A stretch of DNA of 62,930 bases, filler included, from Octopus bimaculoides (lineage: Eukaryota), in assembly GCF_001194135.2 (NCBI RefSeq). It is 5 parts of 5 records of this genome, joined end to end, with 100 filler letters (N's around TTAATTAATTAA, not from the genome) between each part and the next. Parts side by side here need not be neighbours in the genome. Positions count along the whole stretch, not along the records: positions 1 to 26,028 come from NC_068997.1; 4 more parts are not named here. One strand, given 5' to 3'. The stretch's first letter is position 1; each line of letters starts with the position of its first letter. A program made the position numbers and the translations under genes. A model generated the notes under the pieces. The model made no database searches and was not told the origin of the DNA. It saw nothing but the letters and a program-made list of their open reading frames with translations. Shown here piece by piece: positions 10,381 through 23,264 of this stretch.

Positions 10381-12626
10381 GATTTCACTTGCCTTGCACA
10401 CTAATTTCACAAGCAGGCTGTTCTGTTGACCTGATCATCTGGAACCCATGGAACCCTCATCATTGTAACTGATGGCATGCCAATTATATTCATCGTCCAT
10501 TGTAGGGCCTGTGTTGCACTTAGCTGATTTAATTTTAACCAAATGCTAAATATGGAATCATTTTTGCTTTAAGAATATCTGATTTCAGTCAGATGTTGAT
10601 TGTAAGATCAATCTGATATTTAGAAGATTTAAATTTAATTGAATGTTGGACTAATATGCTATTTAGAATTAATTTTAATTGAATGTGGAACTAATGTGGC
10701 ATTTAAAAGATTTACTTTCAGTTGAACATAGTAAGGTGCAGCATGATTGAATGGTTAAAACATTTGCTTGACAATAATCATAGAGTTGCAAGTTCAATCC
10801 CACAGCATGGCATTATGGACTGGGGGCTTTTGCCAGAGCTTCAGGTCAACCTCAACCATATGAATGTAACTAAGTCGAAGGAAATTGTACAGAAGCCTAT
10901 CAAGTGGATTGGAGATGTAATTCAAAGACCCAAACATATCCTGCTGATTCCATCTGACAGTTATCCTAAGGCTATATTCGTCTGTGGGACACTCAGGTAT
11001 ATTCCTCATAGAACTGACAGAGACCCTTTTACATTTACTATTTATTCTTCCTCTAAATACTATTTGGAAGATGATAGAATCTGTCTGACTAACCTGCTCC
11101 AGGTAGGAGTAAATGTGATCACATGTGATGCACTTACAACTCACTATGGCAATATTTCTCAAAATTGGCCCTCAATCTGATAATATATTATGTTTTCAAA
11201 CATGGCACATCTATGAGATTTTATCTCAGAGAAAAACTACTGTAACTTACCTGTCAGCATTGTATATACATTGAGTATGATATAGAGATGGTTATTTTAA
11301 ACAAAATAGTATTTTGAGAAGTGGTAAATAACATTTGTTGTTTGTCTTTGATCTTTTACTTGTTTCAGTTACTAAAGTGTGGCTCTGCTGGAGCACTTCA
11401 TTGAAGGAGTTTTTGTCAAACAAATCAGCACATCTATAAGAGATTTTACCTCAGATAAAAACCACAGTATCTTGCCTGCCAATGGTGTATATACATGAAA
11501 TAAGTGATATATAGGTGGCTATTTTTTGTTTAATACTAATTGAATTGCATACCTGGTAATTTATGTTTGTTTTATATCAATATATTTTTTACAAACAAAC
11601 ACACACCTGCATATGCACACACATCCATACACACAGACCAAGGATCAAATCTCAGAGAGATGAAAGCAGAGAGTTGGGAGTCATGGACCATTGAAAAGGC
11701 TGCAAACAGCAACAAAAGGACTTTGACAAACAAACAACCAAACAAATGATTGTTTAACTGACACATTAAGCAAGCAATTGATTAGTTAGTTGTTTAGATA
11801 TTTCACCAATTGACTAAAAATAAAGAAGTGAAATTGAACCTGTGCATGTGTTATTATTGGCATAATGACACTCCCAAGACACAACAAAACATTAGATGAC
11901 TATTTTTCATTTAATACTGCTAAAATGTTTGTTTTCTATCAATATATTCTTTCACTAAAACAATTTTTCTTTCATTTGATATTTAATTAAAATCATGGTG
12001 GCACGAAGGAAGGTGGTTGTCTATGAAATAAAGATATGACTTGCACTCTTTAAGGCCAATCTCATAAGGTTTCTATGACAATTATAAGCTTGTAAAAAAA
12101 ACTAGGTTACCGGACTGAACACTCTCTGTTTATAGATGGTACTGATATGGTGAAATAGATATAAATAATGTAGATATATCTAAGGAATACAACTTCAATA
12201 TAACCATTGTCAGCTAAATGCTGTGGTTTACTCCCACAGCTCTGGAAATGCATACTAGTTGTCACTAGTTTATGTAATCTCAGACTGTTAGCTGCAATAC
12301 ATAGGGGAATCTCTTTGTTGCCGTTCAACACATGTTCTACTCCATTAGTTAATGTATGCAAGCATTCAACAAATATAACCGTATTATAGATAATTTCTGT
12401 CTTTGGTTAACTTGTCTGGCCTAAGCATTTTGAAGCTGAACTAAAGAACAATTCTCTGAGAAAATTATTTTACAATACACATGACAGCATGCATACAAAT
12501 CTCTCTCTCTCTTTCCCAATCTTACTCTCTTTCTCTGTCTGTTCCATTTCAATGTTTATACCATAATCTGCTTTGTTTGCTATAAGTGTTCTTAAAATGA
12601 TCTATATATATATATAAATTTATATA

Positions 12627-12735
12627 CAGGGGTTGGACAAAATAATGTAAACACCTTAAAATTTTAAACAAATTTATTTTAATATGGGGTAGAACCACCT
12701 TTGCAGTAATTACAGCTTGAATTCTATGAGGTATA
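12627..12735 (+). mobile_element. Tc1-like terminal fragment
   Basis: TA|CAGGGGTTGGACAAAATAATGTAAACACC resembles a Tc1-type TIR start; no matching right end is seen. Confidence 0.5.
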
Positions 12736-13654
12736 GTACTGGGTATGTTGACTTGTGAGCTACATGGTGAACTCAGTAGTGCCAGTGGCATGGAAAAATG
12801 TTCCCCGTACAGACTGTGAAGTGGTTGGCATTAGGAAGGGCATCCAGACATAAAATCCATGCCAAAGCAGACACTGGATCACAGTGCAATCCTTGGCTCA
12901 TTGGCCCCTTGTCAAACTGCCCAGTCCATGCTTGTATGGAACACAGATGCTAAATGATGGTGAGGAGGAGGAGCATGATGAGGATGAGGATGAGGATGAA
13001 GATGTTAATGATGATGATGCTGATGATGACAATGATGATGATAACAATGATGACAATGATGATGATGACAATGATGATGATGGTGGTGATGATAAGTTGA
13101 TGTCCGTTGGTGTGTGTTAAGTATGTTTCTAACCACTGGAAAAATATGAGAGATACTACTACCACTTCATGAATTCAGCAAAGTGTGTACATTTGTATGT
13201 GTAAATATGTGGGTGTCTATACACATCTATATGTGCATGCATGTATGTATACATACATATGTATATATATATCTGTATGTATATATGTTTACTTATATGA
13301 TTATGTGCATATATATATGTATATATTAATATATATATATATATATATANNNNNNNNNNNNNNNNNNNNNNNNNNNNNNNNNNNNNNNNNNNNNNNNNNN
13401 NNNNNNNNNNNNNNNNNNNNNNNNNNNNNNNNNNNNNNNNNNNNNNNNNNNNNNNNNNNNNNNNNNNNNNNNNNNNNNNNNNNNNNNNNNNNNNNNNNNN
13501 NNNNNNNNNNNNNNNNNNNNNNNNNNNNNNNNNNNNNNNNNNNNNNNNTACACACACACACATAAAAGTAGAATGTTGGAATGAGTGCTCAACACCGCAT
13601 TGATGGATAAATAATTCACAAATAAAGAATATATATATATGTATGTATATGTGT

Positions 13655-13704
<50 letters not shown>

Positions 13705-14067
13705 ATATATATATATATATGTGTACGGAGATAGTGGTGCAGATAAATACAATTAGGCATGATGTATATATATAAATATACATGCCTATAGATATACAGA
13801 TGCACATAGATACATATAGAGATACATATAACTATATATATTCAAAAGAAACACACACACACACACGTGTGTGTGAGTGTGTGTATTATATATATGATTT
13901 AAATATATATTTTATATATAATTTATATTGTGTATATATATATATATATATATTATATAGATAACATATAATTTTTAATATATCCAGATATATATAAATA
14001 TATATGTGCATATATATCTTATTGTCTTTTGGAAAGGTTGTCATATACACACGCACGCACACACATG

Positions 14068-14103
<36 letters not shown>

Positions 14104-14179
14104 TACTGTGTGCGTTTGTGAGAAATTAAAATTTATTGTGATAAAAATAAAAAACAACCGATGACTCGCAACCAACCAT

Positions 14180-14590
14180 TTAATGTGCAATCGAAAAACA
14201 TTTGCAGTCTTTGTTTATTGAAATTACAGCATTTTATGCATCGACTTTGTACACATTTGCTGCATCTTTCTTCAACTCAGCCTCTTTCTCTTCCTTCCTA
14301 TATATTCTGAGAAACATGGTAAAAACATTCCTGCCCCTTGCAGGCGGAACATCTCGCTTTTGTAGTTTATCCTGAAGCCTTGAGAGGCTTATGTTTGATA
14401 GAAATAAAACAACTTGACTAGATGCACTGGATTTCATTGTAGAATACAATATCGGAATGTTCCTATTAGGGTTTTTTCCCAGATCAATACTATCTTATTT
14501 CATCGTCACCAGTATCTCCGTCGTTGTCTTCGTCATCGTCAGTGTCATCAGCATCTTTGGAATCTTCCTCCTTGTTATCCTCTTTTTAAA
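14180..14590 (-). pseudogene. Probable piggyBac transposase relic (C-terminal Cys-rich region plus acidic segment)
   Basis: Minus frame SRLQDKLQKRDVPPARGRNVFTMFLRIYRKEEKEAELKKDAANVYKVDA*NAVISINKDCKCFSIAH* resembles a decayed piggyBac C-terminus; upstream acidic [19 protein letters not shown]; AATAAA signals downstream; no intact TIR. Confidence 0.45.
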
Positions 14591-14628
14591 TGCTCAGAGC
14601 AATAGTTATGGATATATATCTTTAGATT

Positions 14629-14749
<121 letters not shown>

Positions 14750-16592
14750 GTATGTATGTATATATATGTATGTATTTATGTATATATATGTGTATATATA
14801 TATATGTATGTATATATATATATGTATATACATATATATGTTTATATATGTATGTATACTTATATATGTAGATGTATATATATATATGTATATATGTGTG
14901 TGTGTATATATATATGTATATATGTGTGTGTGTATATATATATGTATATATATGTGTGTGTGTGTATATATATATATATAGAGCAATTTCTGTTGAGTAT
15001 TTTTATGTTTTTTTTTATTTATTTATAGCACATCTGAAGACAATGAATTTGCAAATAGAGAGTGAGTGAGTGGCTGTAGGAGAATGGAAACGAGAGCCTC
15101 TATCATATCGCTCTCTATATCTAGCTATCAATCATCCATACATAAATACAAACAAATACATACATGCACATCCAATTCATATTTATCCACACGTGCATTC
15201 CATATATTTATGCATACCATGTCACACATTAATACATCAACACTTAACACACTTGCAAAACATTACACATGGCATCATCTACATGTAACTGTATCAGTAA
15301 CAGAGTGTTATCAAAACAGTTGCAACTCACAGTGATGTTGTGCCCCATTCATTATTTACCTTCTTACTTGTATTATATGTTACTCTTCATAAGACACACT
15401 CTGCTTTCATTAGTGATGCATCTGGAGTTTTTACACCGCCACACTTCCAATTTATCTGAACATTCCAATTTTAGCGGGTAGATAGACAGGCAATCGGATT
15501 GTGGGCTGCATTAGAAATACATTGGTTTTTTTACCCTACTAGCACTCTCTCTCTCTCACACATACATGCACACACATGTGTTAATGTAGCAATATTTTAC
15601 AGCAGTACAGTTGTTTCGTTATATGACTGTAGTGTTTTGAATTATTTCCAGTGAAAAGGTAGAATGGCATGTTGAAACCGTTGTGCTGTTGTAGGCATTG
15701 CTTCCTTAACGAATGATGATGTACTAAACATGTAAATAATGCATTGTGTTCTTTCTTGAGTCTCTTTTGGTTATTATACCAATTGAAAGTAGATGTAAAA
15801 CACTGATACATGCATGCACTCATACACACATATATATATTGTATGTGTGTATGTATATAAAAAGCAAAGTCAACCTCTGCGGAATTTGAACTCAGAATGT
15901 AGTGGCAGATGAAATACTGCTAAGCATTTTGCCTGGCGTGCTAACCATTCTGCCAGCTCACCGCCTTACAACAGTAATATTATTTATGAAATCATACTGC
16001 CCTAAAAGATCAGAACAATATCACAACTTTCTAAGGGTATTAAATATGTAGTGGTTGTTGTAGAATTTAGTCTTATAGTGTAAGCTGCCATCTCAGGAAC
16101 TGGAGACTTTCAGCCTCAAATCCTCAACCATCGTGTAGCCTTTTCACACACTTATATTATATAACTGTTTACCATATTAATATCTTAGAACCTGTAATTA
16201 TAATCCTTCCACAAAATGGCAAAATATTTTATGAATTGTTAACCTCTCACCGTTTTCACTATCTGATCTTAAAAGAATTGGAACAAAGATGTGTTCTTAG
16301 TTGAGTAAATAGACAAACGTAGTGATGGCACCATGATAAAACCAGAAGATACTCTCAGACAGTGCTTGCATTTAGGGAGTATAAGCAAAACATATGGCAT
16401 GAGGAAATATCTTGTTTAACAGAGAGCACTTGAGAGAACAGAAGAACAAAACTAAACGCACATCTATCACTCACACATGACTATGATTACAGGAGATAAT
16501 AGCATAATTTCCTCCGCATACTAAATAATAAACACAGACACACACACTCATAGATGTACACACAATCACACACATGCACATACACATAAGTA

Positions 16593-16634
<42 letters not shown>

Positions 16635-16642
16635 TATATATA

Positions 16643-16846
16643 GGAGGTGCAATGGCCCAGTGGTTAGGGCAGTGGACTCGCGGTCATAAGATCGTGGTTT
16701 CGATTCCCAGACTGGGCGTTGTGAGTGTTTATTGAGCGAAAACACCTAAAGCTCTACGAGGCTCCGGCAGGGTATGGTGGCGAACCCTGCTGTACTCTTC
16801 CACCACAACTTTCTCTCACTCTTACTTCCTGTTTCTGTTGTGCCTG
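16643..16846 (+). mobile_element. Young tRNA-derived SINE, family D (runs into a gap)
   Basis: A-box-like TGGCCCAGTGGTTAGG and B-box-like GGTTTCGATTCCC, followed by a non-tRNA body gttgtgagtgtttattgagcgaaaacacctaaagc. Confidence 0.8.
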
Positions 16847-17252
16847 NNNNNNNNNNNNNNNNNNNNNNNNNNNNNNNNNNNNNNNNNNNNNNNNNNNNNN
16901 NNNNNNNNNNNNNNNNNNNNNNNNNNNNNNNNNNNNNNNNNNNNNNNNNNNNNNNNNNNNNNNNNNNNNNNNNNNNNNNNNNNNNNNNNNNNNNNNNNNN
17001 NNNNNNNNNNNNNNNNNNNNNNNNNNNNNNNNNNNNNNNNNNNNNNNNNNNNNNNNNNNNNNNNNNNNNNNNNNNNNNNNNNNNNNNNNNNNNNNNNNNN
17101 NNNNNNNNNNNNNNNNNNNNNNNNNNNNNNNNNNNNNNNNNNNNNNNNNNNNNNNNNNNNNNNNNNNNNNNNNNNNNNNTAAAAAAAAAAAAATAAACAA
17201 AACCTCAGAAATACAGAAATAAAGAAAAAAGAAATTGTTTATATTTGCTGTA

Positions 17253-17288
<36 letters not shown>

Positions 17289-17589
17289 CACCATCATCAT
17301 CATCATCATCATCATCATCATTATTATTATTATTTATGGAATTTCAAGTAGCGCCACTTGTTTTGACATTTTCTGTGGCTATCATTTCTACATTTCTTCT
17401 GAAACTTTTATGAAGAATCGGTAGAAATTTCTTCTTTGAAGAAGGGTGGCAGGAGACACCCACCATCTCCTCACTGCCTCTTTCCCTGTCACCAAACAAA
17501 AAGAAAATTAAAAAAAAGAAACCTCTCCAAAAATGATAAAATCCCCTAAATCAAACAAAATATATAAAATTGAAATAAGAACACAGAAA

Positions 17590-17950
17590 GTCATGTAACC
17601 ATCACCATCACCATCATCATCATCATCACCACCATCATCATCATCATCATCACCTTCGTCATCATTATCACTACCACCATCATCATCATCATCATCATGA
17701 ACATCATTGTCACCACCTCAACCACATTTATATTCATCATCATCATCATCATCATCAGCACCACCACAGCCACCATCTTTATCATCATCATCATCATTGC
17801 CATTGTCAACCCCATTGTCCCTATTATGACCACCTGCCACCACCCTTGTCTTCGTCCTCTTCCTCATCATCATCATCAACACTATTTCCACTGTCCACCA
17901 CCTACCATAGCCAGCATCTTCATCATCATCATCATCTTCATCAACGTCAT
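17590..17950. repeat. (CAT/CAC)n low-complexity tract
   Basis: Degenerate cat/cac triplets; source of the Met- and Ile-rich ORFs. Confidence 0.9.
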
Positions 17951-18097
17951 GTAAGTGAAATAAAAAAATGAGAAAGTTGTATTTTTTCTTATTAAATTCC
18001 CTTTCAATTTCACCATAATGTAAAATAGATGAATATTAATTATAATTTTAACGCAAACGAGAAAAAAAACATGAATAAGTGATATTGTATATCTATA

Positions 18098-18140
<43 letters not shown>

Positions 18141-18509
18141 ATGTGTGTGTGAGTGCTTTTATTGCCAAACACATAAATATACACACATTACACAAGCGCA
18201 CAGGCTGATATATATNNNNNNNNNNNNNNNNNNNNNNNNNNNNNNNNNNNNNNNNNNNNNNNNNNNNNNNNNNNNNNNNNNNNNNNNNNNNNNNNNNNNN
18301 NNNNNNNNNNNNNNNNNNNNNNNNNNNNNNNNNNNNNNNNNNNNNNNNNNNNNNNNNNNNNNNNNNNNNNNNNNNNNNNNNNNNNNNNNNNNNNNNNNNN
18401 NNNNNNNNNNNNNNNNNNNNNNNNNNNNNNNNNNNNNNNNNNNNNNNNNNNNNNNNNNNNNNNNNNNNNNNNNNNNNNNNNNNNNNNNNNNNNNNNNNNN
18501 NNNNNNNNN

Positions 18510-18542
<33 letters not shown>

Positions 18543-18569
18543 TACGCACATGCATCACAACATTTGTGC

Positions 18570-18890
18570 GTGACAAGGTGATCTCATATCAAGATAAACA
18601 GTGCATGAGGGCCCTTTTAGAATTTTCTTCAGGTCAAGTAGCCCATCCTGCTCAAAAGGTCCCTGAATAAGGGTTGTTTAAGGATGTTGTATAAAACACC
18701 CATGTTTCCAGAGGTGAATTATTCAAGCCCCAAAGAATTCCTCTCGACACATGGCTATGATGCTCCCCCACTACTTCTGCTCCTGATCAGAGATGCACAT
18801 GTCGTCAGCCCCTAAGGGACATGCTCAACTGGTTAAGGTCAAACAACTGACAAGCAAATCTGTGACATTGAGCAGATTATATATGCTGTA
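18570..18890. mobile_element. Interspersed repeat (SINE-like, family F)
   Basis: GC-richer non-coding block gtcaagtagcccatcctgctcaaaaggtccctgaataagggttg..., recalled as an octopus interspersed repeat; only one copy in this window. Confidence 0.45.
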
Positions 18891-18904
18891 ACCCATCTAT
18901 TATA

Positions 18905-18936
<32 letters not shown>

Positions 18937-19720
18937 AAGGGTGTTGGATTGGCAGATTTATTTGTACTGTATTTGGTTCTGTCGCTTTACATTCTGGGTT
19001 CAAACTCCAACAAGGTCTTCCTTATCAGGTCACTGAAATAAGGTACCAGTCACATACTCAGGTAGATGTAATTGATGACCCCCCCCCACCACCACCATAC
19101 ACACTCAAATTCATGGCCTGAAAGTATAGCAGCTGGCTATGTCTTTTGTTAGAATACTTCATGAAGACACCATTTCCTTCATATCTCTTAAGTTGAAAGT
19201 CAGATTCTATTATGATTTCTCTGTGAGATTAGCATCGCAAGTTCATGTGGTAACTACTGTCAATTTGACTTAAATCCATTCCGATCACTGAACAAGTCAA
19301 GTCTTAGATTCCAATGTCAAAGTTATTGAATCTAAAACAAGTTCCAAATAATGGTAAGAAGTTAGTGTGATATAATGGATATTGTTTAATCTGCAGCAGA
19401 ATTCTGCCATGCTGGCATGACAAAATTCAATGTAATCTTCCTAAATATGGCAAACACTGTATTCTTTAATAACGTTGCTTAGTGCTTTATATCCATTTTC
19501 TCATAGTAACAGAGGCTTGGCGTCATTTTTGATTTTGCATTTTCATATTGTTAGGTCAAATAGTTGCGGCATCAGATATTTCTCTCTTGGAGATAAAACA
19601 CTAAATCTAGAAAGGCAAATGGTAACTGTTGTTAGCTAAAAGTAATATGTTATATGAAGGGGTTTGCTAGATTTGAACCTAGGATGTTATGGTTCACCAC
19701 ATTAATGGTATAACTATTAG

Positions 19721-20125
19721 GGTAGCAGGAGTGGCTGTGTGGTAAGTAGCTTGTTTATGAACCACATCGTTCTGGGTTCAGTCCCACTGCGTGGCACCTT
19801 GGGCAAGTGTCTTCTACTATAGCCTCGGGCCGACCAAAGCGTTGTGAGTGAATTTGGTAGACGGAAACTGAAAGAAGCCCGTCGTATATATGTGTGTATA
19901 TATATATGTATGTGTGTGTATATGTTTGTGTGTCTGTGTTCGTTCCCCCAACATCACTTGACAACCAATGGTGGTGTGTTTACGTCCCCGTAACTTAGCG
20001 GTTCGGCAAAAGAGAATGATGGAATAAGTACTATGCTTACAAAGAATAAGTCCTGGGGTCGATTTGCGCGACTAAAGGCTGAGCTCCAGCATGGCCACAG
20101 TCAAATGACCGAAACAAGTAAAAGA
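19721..20125 (+). mobile_element. Near full-length tRNA-derived SINE, family A
   Basis: A box GGAGTGGCTGTGTGG, B box GGTTCAGTCCC, central TA/TG microsatellite, 3' part ...ccagcatggccacagtcaaatgaccgaaacaagtaaaag. Head copies at 24160-24300, 30250-30410, 38820-38970, 43580-43720 and 59540-59680; tail copies at 2955-3135, 11345-11420, 21790-21940, 28660-28860 and 61230-61360. Confidence 0.9.
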
Positions 20126-20140
20126 GTAATAACAAGGTTT

Positions 20141-20187
<47 letters not shown>

Positions 20188-20607
20188 TTCTGCTGCTTCT
20201 TTGCAAGATGATGAGAGACGCAATAAAATGTGTAAATCTTTGACAGGACTCAAGACTCATATAAGGGCCTCACGCCACATTATCAAGGACTCATTTGAAT
20301 GATTCTTTCTAGCAATAGTGTTGCTCAGCTACGAGAAAGCAGCTGCTTTACATACATACACATACATACATACGTACATGTAAAAAACACCATTTGAGCG
20401 TGGCCATTGCCAGTACTGCTGGACTGGCCCTTGTGACAGTGGCACACAAAAAGCACCCACTACACTCTCGGAGTTTGTATACACTCTCGGAGTTTGTATA
20501 CACTCTCGGAGTTTGTACTACAAATATACATATATTTTTTATATGTATGTGCACATATATATACATGTTTGTGTATATATCTGTATCAATATATTTATAT
20601 AGCCTTA

Positions 20608-20644
<37 letters not shown>

Positions 20645-20701
20645 CTGTATATATATATGTATATATGTATATATCTATATATATATATGTATGTGTATAT
20701 A

Positions 20702-20744
<43 letters not shown>

Positions 20745-20750
20745 TTATGC

Positions 20751-20839
<89 letters not shown>

Positions 20840-21083
20840 TATGTATACATATATATGTATGTATGTATGTATTTATGCATGTATATATGTATATATATAT
20901 ATATATATGTATATATATTTATATATGTATAGATATATATGTATATATGTATATGTGTATATATATATGATGACACACACACGTCTCTATTCATCACTTG
21001 TTTTTCTTAGTGTTTCTCCATTCATTGTTGAGAATAATTAATATTATAATTGGATCTGTTGGAACTCCATTGTCTGCATATGT

Positions 21084-21114
<31 letters not shown>

Positions 21115-21730
21115 CATGTTTATACCTGACCCCACACATGCTCACACACACACATTTATCTATATATACACACACACACACACTGACATAGAGGAATATA
21201 TTAATAAATGTGAATTATTTATTTTTTATATACAAGCCTATATTAAAATACTATAGAGCTGCTGTTTGTGTGTGTGTGCATGTTTGTGAATGTGTGTGTG
21301 TGTGTATGTATGTGTGTTCTATATTTGTGTGAGGTTGATTGTGTGCATGCATGTCTGTTCTGTGTATGTGTTTGTGTCCCCCCATGTATGCGTTTATATA
21401 TGTCATGCTTTTGTGTTCTAACTTGTGTTTGTGTTCTAAGTGTGTGTCTCTGTGTGTATATCATGCGTAATACTATTGTGACGTGTGTGTGTGTGTGTGT
21501 GTGTGTGGATGTATTCATATGTATGTATTCGTCTACATGCTCCAAACAGGATTACACATCCAGTCTTAAAGTGGTCATCCAGGGAACCCTAATAATTAGC
21601 TGACGATAATTGTCAGCGGATTGAGATTTTTGTCCTTAATCTTCCACTCCAATGGTGAGTACTGTTGACCATAAGGTCAATTACAGAGGGGAGCCTTCGG
21701 GCCTGGATATCCAATCTCATTTGTCTTATT

Positions 21731-21771
<41 letters not shown>

Positions 21772-22240
21772 TCTTTTATTCTTTTATTTGTTTCATTCAT
21801 TTGGCTGTGGCCATGCTGGAGCATCACCTTAAAGGTTGTTAGTTGAAGAAATCGATCCCAGGACTTGTTTGTTATAAACCTCGTACTTATTCTATCAGTC
21901 TCTTTTGCTGAACCACTAAGTTACAAGGACATAAACTCATCAGTAATGATAATAATTTACAAAAGTAGTTTGTTAAATCTTCAAGAAAAATAAACTTTAT
22001 TCTTTTGCTTCTATGTTTTACAAAAAAAAAAAGAAGAAAATTATAAAAAGTCCAAAACAATAAACTTCAACTATTGTGCCACCGCCGCCACCACTGCCAC
22101 CACTCTGTCAAACTACCACCGTTGCCATCACTACCAGTGTCAGAGCACCACCATTAACAACACCATCATTACTGCCACTATCCCTACCATTACCATTTTC
22201 CTCACCTTTTCACAACCACCTTCCATCATGTAAAATATGT

Positions 22241-22520
22241 TATCTGATATGCTGTTCTGTCATTCAGCTAATCTGACATTCTGTTTTTGGCTGATGTTCT
22301 CCTTGTCTCACATTCTCTTTGTCTGATGTTCTGTTTGCCTTACATTCTGTCTGTCTTATATTCTGTTAATCTGACATTCTGCCCATCTGACATTCTACTA
22401 ATGACATTCACTTGGTCTGACATCTTGCTTATCTGATATTCTGTTAATCTGACATTCTGTTTGTTTGACATTCTTTTTGCCTGATGTTCTGTTTGTCTTA
22501 CATTCTGCTAATCTGATATT
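22241..22520. repeat. 16-bp minisatellite (CTGACATTCTGTTTGT-like, ~17 units)
   Basis: Units such as ctgatgttctccttgt, ctcacattctctttgt, ctgatgttctgtttgc, cttacattctgtctgt in direct tandem. Confidence 0.85.
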
Positions 22521-23049
22521 CAAAGTAAATATAACCAATTGGATGGACATTTTTATTTGACTGGTATTATGATGGCTTCAGAGAGGTGAAAGGCCAAATT
22601 ATCTTTAAATATTTAATGTACCACTTCACAACAACCCTAATGATGACAACAATGATGATGATGATGATAATTTCTTTGATTTGCTATAAGGGCAAGTGAC
22701 AAGAGTGCCACAGGTGACGACTGTTGACTAGAAATTTTAAGAACTTTGTTATAAGGAAGCAATAAAAAATGCATTTACTAAGCAATCTTTTCCTTGTTCC
22801 TGAATTTTAAACTGAAATTTCCAATCCCACCAAATACTATGAAGAAATGATTACCTCCCTTGTATTAACTGTCTCGTATGCGACACCATAGCTTTGATAA
22901 TGTGTGAGATATATATTGAAATTAAATAAATGGGAAGAAAGAAACTGAAAGGAGACAGTACAGAAATTTCTATAATGTGTGCAGACAAGCTTGGCTGATA
23001 GTGTCTCTATGCTTGTGGGGTTTATCCCAAACTAGCATCACAACTATAC

Positions 23050-23195
23050 CAGTGCTTCACTGGTATTTAATTTATTAGCCCTGAAAGGATGAAAGGCGAA
23101 GTACTTCGGCGCAATTTGAACTCAGAATATAGTGGTTGACGAAATACCGCTAAGCATTTCGCCCGACATGCTAACGATTCCGCCAGCTTGCCATC

Positions 23196-23263
<68 letters not shown>
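23050..23263 (-). mobile_element. Young family C SINE with adjacent (AAT)n
   Basis: CpG-retaining reverse copy of the 4640 family; the same SINE+(AAT)n junction recurs at 57030-57282. Confidence 0.8.

Positions 23264-23264
<1 letters not shown>

Noticed and set aside
10722-11180. 152-aa ORF, faintly like a LINE endonuclease
   Set aside because: The first third is an old SINE head and catalytic motifs are absent; similarity too weak to call.
12107-12361. Minus ORF with plausible splice sites
   Set aside because: Contains YIYIIYIY low-complexity sequence, a weak donor and no homology.
16643-16715. tRNA gene
   Set aside because: A and B boxes are present but there is no complete cloverleaf or terminator, and it continues into a SINE body.
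17330-17475. Possible minus terminal exon (ERGSEEMVGVSCHPSSKKKFLPILHKSFRRNVEMIAT..)
   Set aside because: Only an acceptor-like site and 46 open codons; no homology or partner exon.
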